DNA from: Verrucomicrobiia bacterium | GTDB lineage: Bacteria > Verrucomicrobiota > Verrucomicrobiia > Limisphaerales > UBA1319 | Direction: 5' to 3' | DNA length: 64,000 nt | Assembly (NCBI GenBank): GCA_963664225.1 | Contig: OY760937.1 | Span: forward strand, 544,001 to 608,000 | In this document: piece by piece, positions 20,045 to 29,140 of the stretch | Layout: every line of letters begins with the position of its first letter | Position numbering within the stretch: position 1 is the first letter of the stretch | The notes under the pieces: generated by a model | Database searches by the model: none | What the model was told of the DNA's origin: nothing | The model's input: the letters and a program-made list of their open reading frames with translations, nothing else | Made by a program: the position numbers and the translations under genes

Positions 20045-20944
20045 ATGACCATTGATAAGAAATTGGACCTCGGCATTGCGATTCCGACGCTTAATTGCAT
20101 CGAGACCATTCGTGACACCGTGGAGAGCCTGCGCCGATTAAGGGATTGTGGCGCGCGTGTTGTGGTGGCCGATAGTTTTTCCACGGATGGCACCTATGAA
20201 TATGCCCGGGGGGCGGTCGATGCGGTGCTCCAGGTACCCAAAGGCAATTTGTACGCCGCGGTAAACGCCGTATTGGAAGGGATGGATACGGAATGGATGA
20301 CCTTCATTAACGGCGATGACGTGCTTTATTCCGGTGCCGTCGTGCAGGCCTTGGAACAGTGGTCATCCCAAGCCGATTTGATTTATGGGAATACGGATTT
20401 TATCGATATTGACGGCCGTTTTCTGCATTCCTGGAGCACACCTCCTCCCAGCGATTTTATTCCCATGGCGGCAAATCTCGTGATGCCCATCACGCAGCCC
20501 GGCACATTGTTCCGAAAAGCGGTGTTTAAAAAGCTGAATGGGTTTGACACCACCTTTCGGCATTCCGCGGACTTCGATTTTTTTCTGCGCGCCAAAACCG
20601 CGGGATTTCGTTTCAAAAAGCATCCAGGTTCAAGCACAAGCGCCTTCAGGTTGCACGGCAAACAATTTTCCCAAACCGCCGCAAAGGACCAGCTTGCCGA
20701 GGCCTTGGTATTGGTTGAAAGACAGAATTTAAGGGTGTCTTTCATGCGTCGTAAAATGGCCATGCTTCGGTACAAGCTCCGCAACAGTGAAAATTATCTG
20801 ATTCGCATGCTCCGCTATCGTTCCCTGATGGGCAGATATTTTCTTCCAAGAAGTGTTTTATGGTTTAAAAATAATGCCCAATCCGATCTGCGGACCCGCA
20901 CGTACGGGCAGGAGGACACCTCAAAAACAGGCTCAAACAAATGA
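20045..20944 (+). CDS. GT2 glycosyltransferase
   Basis: IAIPTLN, DSFSTDGT, INGDD, DFDFFLR. Confidence 0.9.
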   Translation: MTIDKKLDLGIAIPTLNCIETIRDTVESLRRLRDCGARVVVADSFSTDGTYEYARGAVDAVLQVPKGNLYAAVNAVLEGMDTEWMTFINGDDVLYSGAVVQALEQWSSQADLIYGNTDFIDIDGRFLHSWSTPPPSDFIPMAANLVMPITQPGTLFRKAVFKKLNGFDTTFRHSADFDFFLRAKTAGFRFKKHPGSSTSAFRLHGKQFSQTAAKDQLAEALVLVERQNLRVSFMRRKMAMLRYKLRNSENYLIRMLRYRSLMGRYFLPRSVLWFKNNAQSDLRTRTYGQEDTSKTGSNK

Positions 20945-21022
20945 TGAAACGTCATCCCGATGAGGTTCCGGTTTTCTGCGCGGTTCCAACTTTGGACTCC
21001 GGGCCGCCGCAAAATTAAAGGC

Positions 21023-22477
21023 ATGATTTCGATCATTCAAGACGGCACGCTAAGTTACCCTGAGGGCGGTGAGTTTTTTTCGCCTTCAGTCCGGTATCCT
21101 GAGTATCGTTTTCGCCACATCTCAGCGACTCAAAATCGTGTTTACGATGCGGTGCGCCAGATTTTCATCCAGGCCGGTCTCGACAAGGCGCATTTCGGAT
21201 CCTCGGATTGGAATCCGTTGGGATCGTATATCAAGCCCGGCCAGAAGGTGTTTTTGTTGTGCAATTTTGTTCAGCACCGGCGGCCTTTGGAAACACAGGA
21301 AAACTTCAAATCCAAATGCACGCACGGCTCGGTGTTGCGCGCGGTGCTTGATTATGTGCTGCTGGCCGTTGGAAAGAATGGCGCCGTTGCGTTCGGAAAT
21401 GCCCCGCTCCAAGGAGCCAATTGGGAATCCGTGATCAATGAGACCGGCGCGCTGGAAGTGTCGAAATATTACGAGACAGAAGACGTCAATATATCCGCCA
21501 GGGATTTGCGTTTGGTGGTGAAGGAACGCGGTATTCTCGGCAGTCCGACGCGCCATTTTGAGCGGGATACCGACAGGGATTCTGTCGAGATCGACCTGGG
21601 TGAGAACAGCCTGCTTGGTTCGCTGGGAAGAAACGGCCCCGCCCATTTCCGGGTATCCGATTATAATCCCGAGCGCACGGAAAAATTCCACAGTGGAAAA
21701 AGTCATCGCTACGTTATTCATCGCGCGATCCTGGATGCGGACGTTGTCATCAGCCTTCCAAAATTAAAGACGCACGAGAAGGTTGGAATCACCTGTGCCA
21801 TAAAAGGTTTTGTTGGGACCGTCGGCCACAAGGATTGCCTGGCACATCACCGGTTTGGAGGCCCGGAACAAGGCGGTGACGAATATCCTCAGGCATCCGG
21901 CGCGCGCGTGGCATTTTCAAAACTTCATGATTACGTGCATTCGCGCGGGCAGGGGACCCTTGTTCAGCGAGGACTTGTGGCATTGGATGCCAATTTGCGG
22001 CGCGTGCTGGGGCGTGCCCGATGCATCCAGGCGGGCGCATGGCACGGAAACGATACCTGTTGGAGGATGGCCGTGGATCTGGCGCGCATTGCGCATTACG
22101 CGAACAAAAACGGCGTGATGTCGGAAATACCTCAACGGACCCAATTATGCATCATCGACGGGGTAATTGCAGGCGAAGGGAACGGTCCGTTGTCGCCTGT
22201 AGCGGCTTCCGCAGGGGCGCTGATATTTGGAGACAATGCTGTTGCGGTGGATGAGGCCGCGTGCCGGGTGATGGGATTTGATCCGCAATGCATTCCGATG
22301 GTGCGTGAGGCCATTGCATCGCGATTCATGTTTCCACTTCATGCGGAAAGCGATGATTCCGGCAAGGTGATGTTCAACAATGAAGAAATCGAACTCAATG
22401 AAATGCCAATGGCGCTGGGGCGGCCTTTCAAACCCAGCCGTGGATGGCGCGGATATACGGGGGGGAAAGAAAGATGA
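21023..22477 (+). CDS. DUF362 domain protein (probable Fe-S)
   Basis: IKPGQKV, DADVVISLPKLKTH..GITCAIK.FVG, IIDGVIAGEGNGP. Confidence 0.85.
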   Translation: MISIIQDGTLSYPEGGEFFSPSVRYPEYRFRHISATQNRVYDAVRQIFIQAGLDKAHFGSSDWNPLGSYIKPGQKVFLLCNFVQHRRPLETQENFKSKCTHGSVLRAVLDYVLLAVGKNGAVAFGNAPLQGANWESVINETGALEVSKYYETEDVNISARDLRLVVKERGILGSPTRHFERDTDRDSVEIDLGENSLLGSLGRNGPAHFRVSDYNPERTEKFHSGKSHRYVIHRAILDADVVISLPKLKTHEKVGITCAIKGFVGTVGHKDCLAHHRFGGPEQGGDEYPQASGARVAFSKLHDYVHSRGQGTLVQRGLVALDANLRRVLGRARCIQAGAWHGNDTCWRMAVDLARIAHYANKNGVMSEIPQRTQLCIIDGVIAGEGNGPLSPVAASAGALIFGDNAVAVDEAACRVMGFDPQCIPMVREAIASRFMFPLHAESDDSGKVMFNNEEIELNEMPMALGRPFKPSRGWRGYTGGKER

Positions 22478-23442
22478 CGCAAAAAGTCCTTCTCACCGGC
22501 GGTTCAGGTTTTATTGGCTCCAGGGTTTATGCCGATCTCGTTGACAGCGGATATGATGTTCTCAGTCTCGATAAAAATTCACCGAGTAACCCGGTCCAGA
22601 AACACCAGGTGTGTGACATATTGGACCGGGCTGGATTGACTAACCTTGTTTCAAGTTTCAAGCCGACAACCGTCCTCCATCTGGCCGCGCGGACTGACCT
22701 GGCCGAAACGCAGAATATCAATGGCTACAGGGCCAACATTCAGGGTGTCGAAAATGTCATTGCGGCCATTCGCGCCACACCCTCGGTGCGACGTTGCATC
22801 TACACATCCTCTCAGTTGGTGTGTCATGTGCAATACAAGCCAAAGAACGATACAGACTATGCACCAATTAATCTTTATGGCGAAAGCAAAGTCCAAACCG
22901 AGAAGGCAGTTCGTTCCTCCGACGGCGGCGGAGTAATTTGGTGTCTTGTGCGTCCCACCACAATTTGGGGACCCGGAATGAACAGCCATTATCAACGGTT
23001 TCTGTTGATGATCAAAAATGGACGGTATTTTCATGTCGGGCGCAGACCCATTTTTAAAACGTACGGTTACGTCGGCAACGCGGCTTATCAGTTTCGCCGT
23101 CTGATCGAGGTTCCGGCAGAAGCCATTCACCAAAAGACCTTCTATCTGGCCGATTACAAACCCCTTTCCTTGCGCGATTGGACAAGTGGGTTTCAACTCG
23201 CATTTGGCGCGCCACCCATTCGAACCATTCCAGAGAGCCTGGCGCGTGTTTGTGCCAGGATGGGTGACTTGATTAACGCTTGCGGCTACAGGACATTCCC
23301 GTTCAATTCTTTCAGGCTCAATAATGTGTTGGCGGAATCGGGGTTCAGCACGGGACCCATCGAATCTGTCTGCGGTCCACTTCCTTATACGATGAAACAA
23401 GGCATCGAAGAAACGGCGGCCTGGTTTAATAAAATACACTAA
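22474..23442 (+). CDS. NAD-dependent epimerase/dehydratase (extended SDR)
   Basis: TGGSGFIG, HLAA, YGESK; ATGA overlap with the DUF362 stop codon. Confidence 0.9.
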   Translation: MTQKVLLTGGSGFIGSRVYADLVDSGYDVLSLDKNSPSNPVQKHQVCDILDRAGLTNLVSSFKPTTVLHLAARTDLAETQNINGYRANIQGVENVIAAIRATPSVRRCIYTSSQLVCHVQYKPKNDTDYAPINLYGESKVQTEKAVRSSDGGGVIWCLVRPTTIWGPGMNSHYQRFLLMIKNGRYFHVGRRPIFKTYGYVGNAAYQFRRLIEVPAEAIHQKTFYLADYKPLSLRDWTSGFQLAFGAPPIRTIPESLARVCARMGDLINACGYRTFPFNSFRLNNVLAESGFSTGPIESVCGPLPYTMKQGIEETAAWFNKIH

Positions 23443-23526
23443 TTTATCTGTTTTCCCAAAAAGCAATGAGGAATACCATCACGTGCGAGCAATCCGTAGA
23501 ATTCTTTTAAAGCAATATTTGCATCG

Positions 23527-24912
23527 ATGAATAAGAGTGTTTCAAGTTTGAATCCGCTTGTAACCAACAAGGAAAAGTTGATCTATGCGGCCCTCGGTTT
23601 GGTGACCCGCCAGAACTTGCTGGCGCAGGCCAGGGCCGTGCGACAACGGTTGGAATGGTCGCCGGCGGAATTGCACGCGTTTCAATTGGCCCGATTCCAG
23701 GAATTGCTCGCGCATGCAAATCGCAACGTCCCTTACTACAGGAAAATATTTAAAACGGTCGGGGTTGAACCAGGTGCATTTGATTCTTTTTCAGAAATGG
23801 CCAGGATTCCCTTGCTGACAAGAAGAAGCCTCACGGATTCATTCCAGGAGTTGCAGGACCCTTCCGTTCCGACTACAGCCGTGACGCGGATTAGTTCGGG
23901 GGGCACGACGGGAAAGCCTGTGACCGTCATTCATGAGAAGCGCAGGCATCTGGAGCGAATGCTTGTAACGCATCGGGCCTATGCCGTTGCCGGAAGGCGC
24001 TTGGGAAGTGCAACCTGTGAAATCGCGGGTCGGCCCATTGATTATTCCGCATGGACCTCCAATTCGGAGAGGTTGAAGAACCTGCTGTTCAATGTCTCCA
24101 TTCGACCGGCCTTCAACCTGACTGCCGGGAAAATAGATGGAATCATCGGCGAATTGGAGCAGGGAAAATGGAGCACGGTTTTCGCTTATGCCAGTGTGTT
24201 CGACATTCTCTGTGATTATGTCAGTGAACATAAAATGGAAATGCGTATCCCGCGCGTCATTCCATGCGGGGAACTGGTTACCGACACCCAGAAGGAGCGT
24301 TGGCGCCATGTTCTGGGCACGGAAGTGTTTGAGGTCTATGGATCGCGGGAAATGACTTCCATTGCCATGGAAACGGCCGATCACAGGCAATTGATGGTCA
24401 ACGGAGATCAATATTTTGTCGAAATCACCGATGAATCCGGGAAACCCGTTCCTGACGGGGAACCCGGCCTGATTACCATTACCAACCTGGTGGAACACGC
24501 GATGCCATTGATTCGCTATCAACTGGGTGACGTGGGCATACTTGGCAAGCCCGATCCGTCGGAAACTTTTCCATTCCGTCGTTTGAAAGTCACACATGGG
24601 CGGAGTGTGGATATCATAAAAACTCCGGAAGGCAAATTGCTGCCCGGCGAGTATTTTCCACATCTGTTCAAGGAAGTGGCGAGCCAGGTTGAACGCTTCC
24701 AGGTTGTACAGACCGCAATTGATAAACTGGTCGTAAAGGTCGTAAAGAAGCCGGGTTACTCCGACAAAATCGAAACCTACTTGGCCGATAAAATTCACGA
24801 GCAAGTAAGTGCGGGGTTAAACATTTCTTTCGAATATGTGAACGCAATCGAAACTTCTGTTTCAGGAAAATACCGGCCAACCATCAGCCTGATCCGGAAC
24901 ACGATAAAGTAG
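23527..24912 (+). CDS. Phenylacetate-CoA ligase / CapK-like adenylating enzyme
   Basis: NVPYYR, SSGGTTGKP, YGSRE, MPLIRYQLGD, GR, SGKYR. Confidence 0.88.
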   Translation: MNKSVSSLNPLVTNKEKLIYAALGLVTRQNLLAQARAVRQRLEWSPAELHAFQLARFQELLAHANRNVPYYRKIFKTVGVEPGAFDSFSEMARIPLLTRRSLTDSFQELQDPSVPTTAVTRISSGGTTGKPVTVIHEKRRHLERMLVTHRAYAVAGRRLGSATCEIAGRPIDYSAWTSNSERLKNLLFNVSIRPAFNLTAGKIDGIIGELEQGKWSTVFAYASVFDILCDYVSEHKMEMRIPRVIPCGELVTDTQKERWRHVLGTEVFEVYGSREMTSIAMETADHRQLMVNGDQYFVEITDESGKPVPDGEPGLITITNLVEHAMPLIRYQLGDVGILGKPDPSETFPFRRLKVTHGRSVDIIKTPEGKLLPGEYFPHLFKEVASQVERFQVVQTAIDKLVVKVVKKPGYSDKIETYLADKIHEQVSAGLNISFEYVNAIETSVSGKYRPTISLIRNTIK

Positions 24913-24976
24913 TCATGGCAGAACATTTTATGTGGCGGTTTTCCAGCGTGAAAATAGGGTGGCTGCTCGCTATTCA

Positions 24977-26101
24977 ATGAAAATTGCGCTGGTGAATTAT
25001 TCAGGAGGTGGGCTAAGCGGTGGTTGCCGCAAGTATTTGCGTCAAATTGTGCCCATCCTAAGGGCTCATCCGCGTGTCGATGAGCTGTCAATATTCGTTC
25101 CACCGAAAATCGATCTGGACGACTGTGGACCTTGCCTGGCCTGGCCGAATGCATCGCCGCTCCGCTGCATTTCCTTCATCAAACGCAAGCTGTGGGACAT
25201 TAAACCAGATGTTATTTTCATTCCCAATTTCTTCCGCCTGGGCTCTGGAGATGTGCCGACCGTTGTCATGATCAGGAACATGGAAATGGCTGCCATGCCG
25301 TTCGGACGCAATGCTACGATTGATCTTGTTCGCAATGCTTTGCGCCGAGCCCTGGCGCACCGGGGATGTCGAAAGGCCACGCGTGTCATTGCCGTCTCCG
25401 ATTACGTGGCCAGCTTTCTCAACAGGCAGTGGAGGATTCCGACTGAAAAAATTGACCGCGTTTATCACGGTATAGCACCGGCCGGAGACCCCTCCCGATT
25501 CATTCAGCCGGCGGCGTTAATGAATTCCGAGACCCGGCCGTTCATTTTTACCGCTGGCAGTATTCGGACCCATCGCGGTCTGACCGATTTGCTGGATGCG
25601 GCGTCGGACGCGCGGGTCAGGGGCCAGGATGTGCGCCTGGTCATCGCCGGGGGAGTGGATTCAGGTTCGGAATTTTACAAACGCGAATTGGATCAACTCG
25701 CACAGGCCAGCAGAATCCAACAGAATATTATTTACACAGGTCCGCTTAAGGAAAACGAAATGAACTGGTGCTACCGGCACTGCCGGATGTTCGTCATGAC
25801 CAGTCGCGTCGAGGCCTGCCCCAATACAGCACTTGAAGCGATGGCTCACGGGTGTCGGATAGTCTCGACGAAAAATCCTCCAATGCCGGAATTCTTTCGA
25901 GAAGCTGCCGATTATTACACCTCTGGAGTGGCGGATGAACTGGCTCTACGCATCGAGGAGGTATTCAGAGAGTCGGTGGCATCCAAGGAATTTAAAACGA
26001 AACGAGCGATGGAAATTGCCTCCGAGTTCACCTGGAAGAGAACAGTGGACGAAACCCTTTTGTCCTTGGAACGTGCCATATCCCAGAACAAGGGGCGGTG
26101 A
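24977..26101 (+). CDS. GT4 glycosyltransferase
   Basis: AVSDY, YHG, EACPNTALEAMAHG (EX7E), FTW. Confidence 0.9.
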   Translation: MKIALVNYSGGGLSGGCRKYLRQIVPILRAHPRVDELSIFVPPKIDLDDCGPCLAWPNASPLRCISFIKRKLWDIKPDVIFIPNFFRLGSGDVPTVVMIRNMEMAAMPFGRNATIDLVRNALRRALAHRGCRKATRVIAVSDYVASFLNRQWRIPTEKIDRVYHGIAPAGDPSRFIQPAALMNSETRPFIFTAGSIRTHRGLTDLLDAASDARVRGQDVRLVIAGGVDSGSEFYKRELDQLAQASRIQQNIIYTGPLKENEMNWCYRHCRMFVMTSRVEACPNTALEAMAHGCRIVSTKNPPMPEFFREAADYYTSGVADELALRIEEVFRESVASKEFKTKRAMEIASEFTWKRTVDETLLSLERAISQNKGR

Positions 26102-26202
26102 TGGCCTTCTGATAGGTCCAGGCACGGAATCGCGCGTCTTAGAAATGAGAGGCGCGGAATTCACTCAACCTTTGGTTTGGAATACGTTACGGTTCGATCC
26201 AG

Positions 26203-26916
26203 ATGGGCAATGGTTATTACCAAAAGGGCGAACAGCGTGCGGCGAAGGTCAACGATCTCTTCAGCCGGATCGCGACCCGTTATGATTTAATCAACGATGT
26301 TCAAAGCGCGGGTCTCCATCGGCTGTGGAAACGGCGTCTGGTGCGAATGGCGGCATTGAAACCAGGTCAGAGGGCCTTGGATGTTTGCTGTGGGACGGGC
26401 GATGTCACAATGGCTCTGGCGGGGTCCGGTGCGAACGTGGTGGGACTGGATTTTAACGCCCGCATGCTCGATGTGGCCCGCGCACGGATTGCGGGTGCAG
26501 GTTCAAAGTCCATCGATTATTTGCAGGGTGACGCCCTTCAAATTCCATTTGGCGAAGCCACCTTTGATGCCGTAACCGTCAGCTATGGATTGCGGAATCT
26601 ATCGGATTTTGAGCGGGGAATCTCCGAATTGCATAGGGTGACCAAACCTGGCGGACGGATTCTGATTTTGGATTTTGGCAAACCCGCCAATAAAACCTGG
26701 CGGTGGCTTTATTACGCCTATCTGCGGTGCATGGTTCCGGTTTTTGGCAGGATTTTCTGCGGAGACGCCGCCGCTTACGCCTATATTCTGGAATCGCTCC
26801 AAGTCTATCCCGCGCAAGAGGGGGTGGCCGCATCCATGAGAACGTTGAACTGCAGGAATGTGCGGATTTATCCGCTCCTTGGCGGAGCGATGAGCATCAA
26901 TTACGCCGAAAAATAA
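26203..26916 (+). CDS. ubiE: Demethylmenaquinone / ubiquinone C-methyltransferase
   Basis: F..IA.RYDLINDV.S.GLHRLW, LDVCCGTGD, YGLRN, Y.YI.ES. Confidence 0.9.
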   Translation: MGNGYYQKGEQRAAKVNDLFSRIATRYDLINDVQSAGLHRLWKRRLVRMAALKPGQRALDVCCGTGDVTMALAGSGANVVGLDFNARMLDVARARIAGAGSKSIDYLQGDALQIPFGEATFDAVTVSYGLRNLSDFERGISELHRVTKPGGRILILDFGKPANKTWRWLYYAYLRCMVPVFGRIFCGDAAAYAYILESLQVYPAQEGVAASMRTLNCRNVRIYPLLGGAMSINYAEK

Positions 26917-26952
26917 AAAAATGAGCGGAATCGGTAATGTTCCGTGCCGCTC
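26915..26952 (-). terminator. Likely terminator between convergent ubiE and leuD
   Basis: A-run followed by GAGCGG...CCGCTC imperfect stem. Confidence 0.5.
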
Positions 26953-26979
26953 GAAAAAACTTCAAATAAGTCCTAAGCC

Positions 26980-27531
26980 CTATTTCGTCGGAATCATGCC
27001 GGTCTTCCGGGCGTAATTAAACAAACCACCCGCATCCACAACGGGTTTGACTTCTCCAAGAGTTTTGAGGTTGAACACCTTGCCCGTGGATTGAACCGTC
27101 AGCGTGCATTTGTCCAAGTCCAGCGTTACCTGATCGCCAGTTCTTAACACCTCACACATCCGTTCCTCGCATTCGCATGGGTAAAGTTCGCCTGTGGCAA
27201 GGGAGTTGCGGAAGAAAATACGCGCAAAACTTTCTGCGACGACCGCGTGGCAACCGGCGGAACCCAAGGCGATGGGCGCATGTTCCCGGGAACTGCCGCA
27301 GCCAAAATTACGTCCTCCGATGACAATCGGATAATCACTGTCCAGCTTGCCTTCCTTGACGAAACGGACCGGATATTGGCCATCAGGCAGGCCATAGAGC
27401 GCGTAGCTGCCCAGCTTCTCGTATTCCTCCGGTATGGTCGGTACGAGATTCAGGAATTGCGCGGGAATAATCTGATCTGTGTCGATATTGTCGCGCACAA
27501 CGTAAACGGGACCTGTAAAAACAGATTGCAT
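26980..27531 (-). CDS. leuD: 3-isopropylmalate dehydratase small subunit
   Basis: [30 protein letters not shown]. Confidence 0.9.
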   Translation of the reverse strand: MQSVFTGPVYVVRDNIDTDQIIPAQFLNLVPTIPEEYEKLGSYALYGLPDGQYPVRFVKEGKLDSDYPIVIGGRNFGCGSSREHAPIALGSAGCHAVVAESFARIFFRNSLATGELYPCECEERMCEVLRTGDQVTLDLDKCTLTVQSTGKVFNLKTLGEVKPVVDAGGLFNYARKTGMIPTK

Positions 27532-27625
27532 AACTGGTTAGACATTGGCCTGTCCGGTCCTGGATTTCAATCCCGAATCATACATTTCGCCCTTCTGGTC
27601 AATGGATTGACGCAACCGGAATCCA

Positions 27626-28093
27626 TTATTCGCCGGAATTACCATGAATCAGGCAATGCTGAAAATAAGCGCACAAGTCCATCATCATCAGGTGTTTAAT
27701 GTTTATTTCGGTATGCGGGGTCGAAGTGCGCTGGGTTTCCTCCGGACATCCCAGGGCGGTCCAGCAACCGACACGAATATCATTGAGGCATTGGAGGAGT
27801 AATTCGCGTTGAGCCAGTGTCAGGGTCAAAACACACCCATCCGGTCCTGTTTTCAGGCATTGGCCATCCGTGAACAATACCGCGATCCTGCTTTTTAATG
27901 CCAGACGTTGTTCTGCGAGAGCATCATCCAGTAGTTCTTGGGCCTCAGCCATATCGGCCGACTGCGAGCGGCTGATCCGGTGGTGGGAAGGCGACACCAT
28001 GGGATATCGATGCAGGGCTTGCATGAGCAGGAACCGCTCGCGCATGCTGATTTGGAAAGTGAGGGTCTCCCCTTGGGATTCAAGACGCTTCAT
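27626..28093 (-). CDS. DUF2017-like protein
   Basis: LQCLNDIRV motif; 4-bp overlap with clpS, as in actinobacterial clpS-DUF2017 pairs. Confidence 0.6.
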   Translation of the reverse strand: MKRLESQGETLTFQISMRERFLLMQALHRYPMVSPSHHRISRSQSADMAEAQELLDDALAEQRLALKSRIAVLFTDGQCLKTGPDGCVLTLTLAQRELLLQCLNDIRVGCWTALGCPEETQRTSTPHTEINIKHLMMMDLCAYFQHCLIHGNSGE

Positions 28094-28398
28094 TCTTCCC
28101 GTTCCAAGGTGGCTTGCAGGCTGTATTTTTGCAATTGATGGACATAATACTCGGCGCGTTCCAGGCTGTCGCGGCGCAGAACGCTTTTGCCCTGATTATG
28201 GACCTGGAGCATGTGATACTCCGCCTTCTGACGTGTCCATCCGAACACGGTCTCGAATACGTGCGTTACGTAATCCATCAGATTCACCGGATCATTCCAG
28301 CAAATCACGAGAAAGCCCGGTTCCAGTTCCTGCCGTGGCTTTGTCTCTGTTTTTTCGACAATGCCGGGCTGCGCATTCGTTATCACCGTTTCAGCCAT
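28090..28398 (-). CDS. clpS: ATP-dependent Clp protease adaptor ClpS
   Basis: WNDPVNLMDYV, MLQVH..G..V, L.ATLE. Confidence 0.92.
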   Translation of the reverse strand: MAETVITNAQPGIVEKTETKPRQELEPGFLVICWNDPVNLMDYVTHVFETVFGWTRQKAEYHMLQVHNQGKSVLRRDSLERAEYYVHQLQKYSLQATLEREE

Positions 28399-28568
28399 GT
28401 CATCAGCTTAGCGCAACGTCGGCGAGAAAACTACAAATAAGCGAGGTTCCGGCTTTGCCTCCATGGGTTGTTCGGCGCTGATTTGGCTCCATATTTTACC
28501 GCGCTAATTTTACGGCCGATGAACGCCACTTTACAAAGTCAGAACACTTTGTCATAAATGGCCTCGAT

Positions 28569-28964
28569 ATGCGATTTATCAAAAGATTTTTAGCTTTGGG
28601 ACTGTTACCGCTGTTAATGGCAGGCTGCCAGACCACGGTGACCAATCTTTCGCCTTCCCAGTTGCCGCGCAATGCTTCGGGACAATATCCCTTGAGCGTC
28701 AAATGGGAGAGTTCTCAGCAAAGCTTGCGACAGGAGAGCCTGCAGGGTTTTGTCATGATTGGCGCCGATTTGTATCCCATGCAGCGCACGCCCAAGGTGA
28801 ACAACCGGTGGGATACGCTGGTGCCGGTTCCTGCGGACAAGGACATCCTCAATTATCGCTATAAATTCATTTACGATTATAACGCCATTGGAAAACCCAA
28901 GGCCAACAGCGTGTTATCCAAGCCCTACCAGTTGAAGGTGCAGGATCATCCGATGGTTCGGTAA
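28569..28964 (+). CDS. Hypothetical lipoprotein
   Basis: Signal peptide ending in lipobox MAG-C; small beta-rich domain. Confidence 0.75.
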   Translation: MRFIKRFLALGLLPLLMAGCQTTVTNLSPSQLPRNASGQYPLSVKWESSQQSLRQESLQGFVMIGADLYPMQRTPKVNNRWDTLVPVPADKDILNYRYKFIYDYNAIGKPKANSVLSKPYQLKVQDHPMVR

Positions 28965-29009
28965 CGGATCGTGGCTGCCAGTGCGGAGTGTGCTCCGCAT
29001 GAAGTTTTG

Positions 29010-29042
29010 AAAACCCCTGGTTGAAGAGGCCAGGGGTTTTTT
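29010..29042. terminator. Intrinsic terminator, possibly bidirectional
   Basis: AAAACCCCTGG-loop-CCAGGGGTTTTTT; a second hairpin lies at 28982-28999. Confidence 0.85.
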
Positions 29043-29069
29043 CATGCGTGCGTTCGCCGAGGTTTTTTG

Positions 29070-29104
29070 TTGGCGCGTATTGCAAGTCGATTGGCGCGTG
29101 CTGC
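29070..29104 (+). promoter_or_regulatory. Tandem direct repeat, candidate AraC-family operator
   Basis: TTGGCGCGTATTGC (29070) and TTGGCGCGTGCTGC (29091), 21-bp period, upstream of the ADH gene. Confidence 0.6.
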
Positions 29105-29140
29105 TAGTGACACCTTTGGGAAGTAAGTTATCTTCAAAAC

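Noticed and set aside
29070..29104. Sigma54 promoter (TGGC...TTGC) upstream of adh
   Set aside because: Spacing is TGGC-N5-TTGC rather than the strict N7; a direct-repeat operator fits better.
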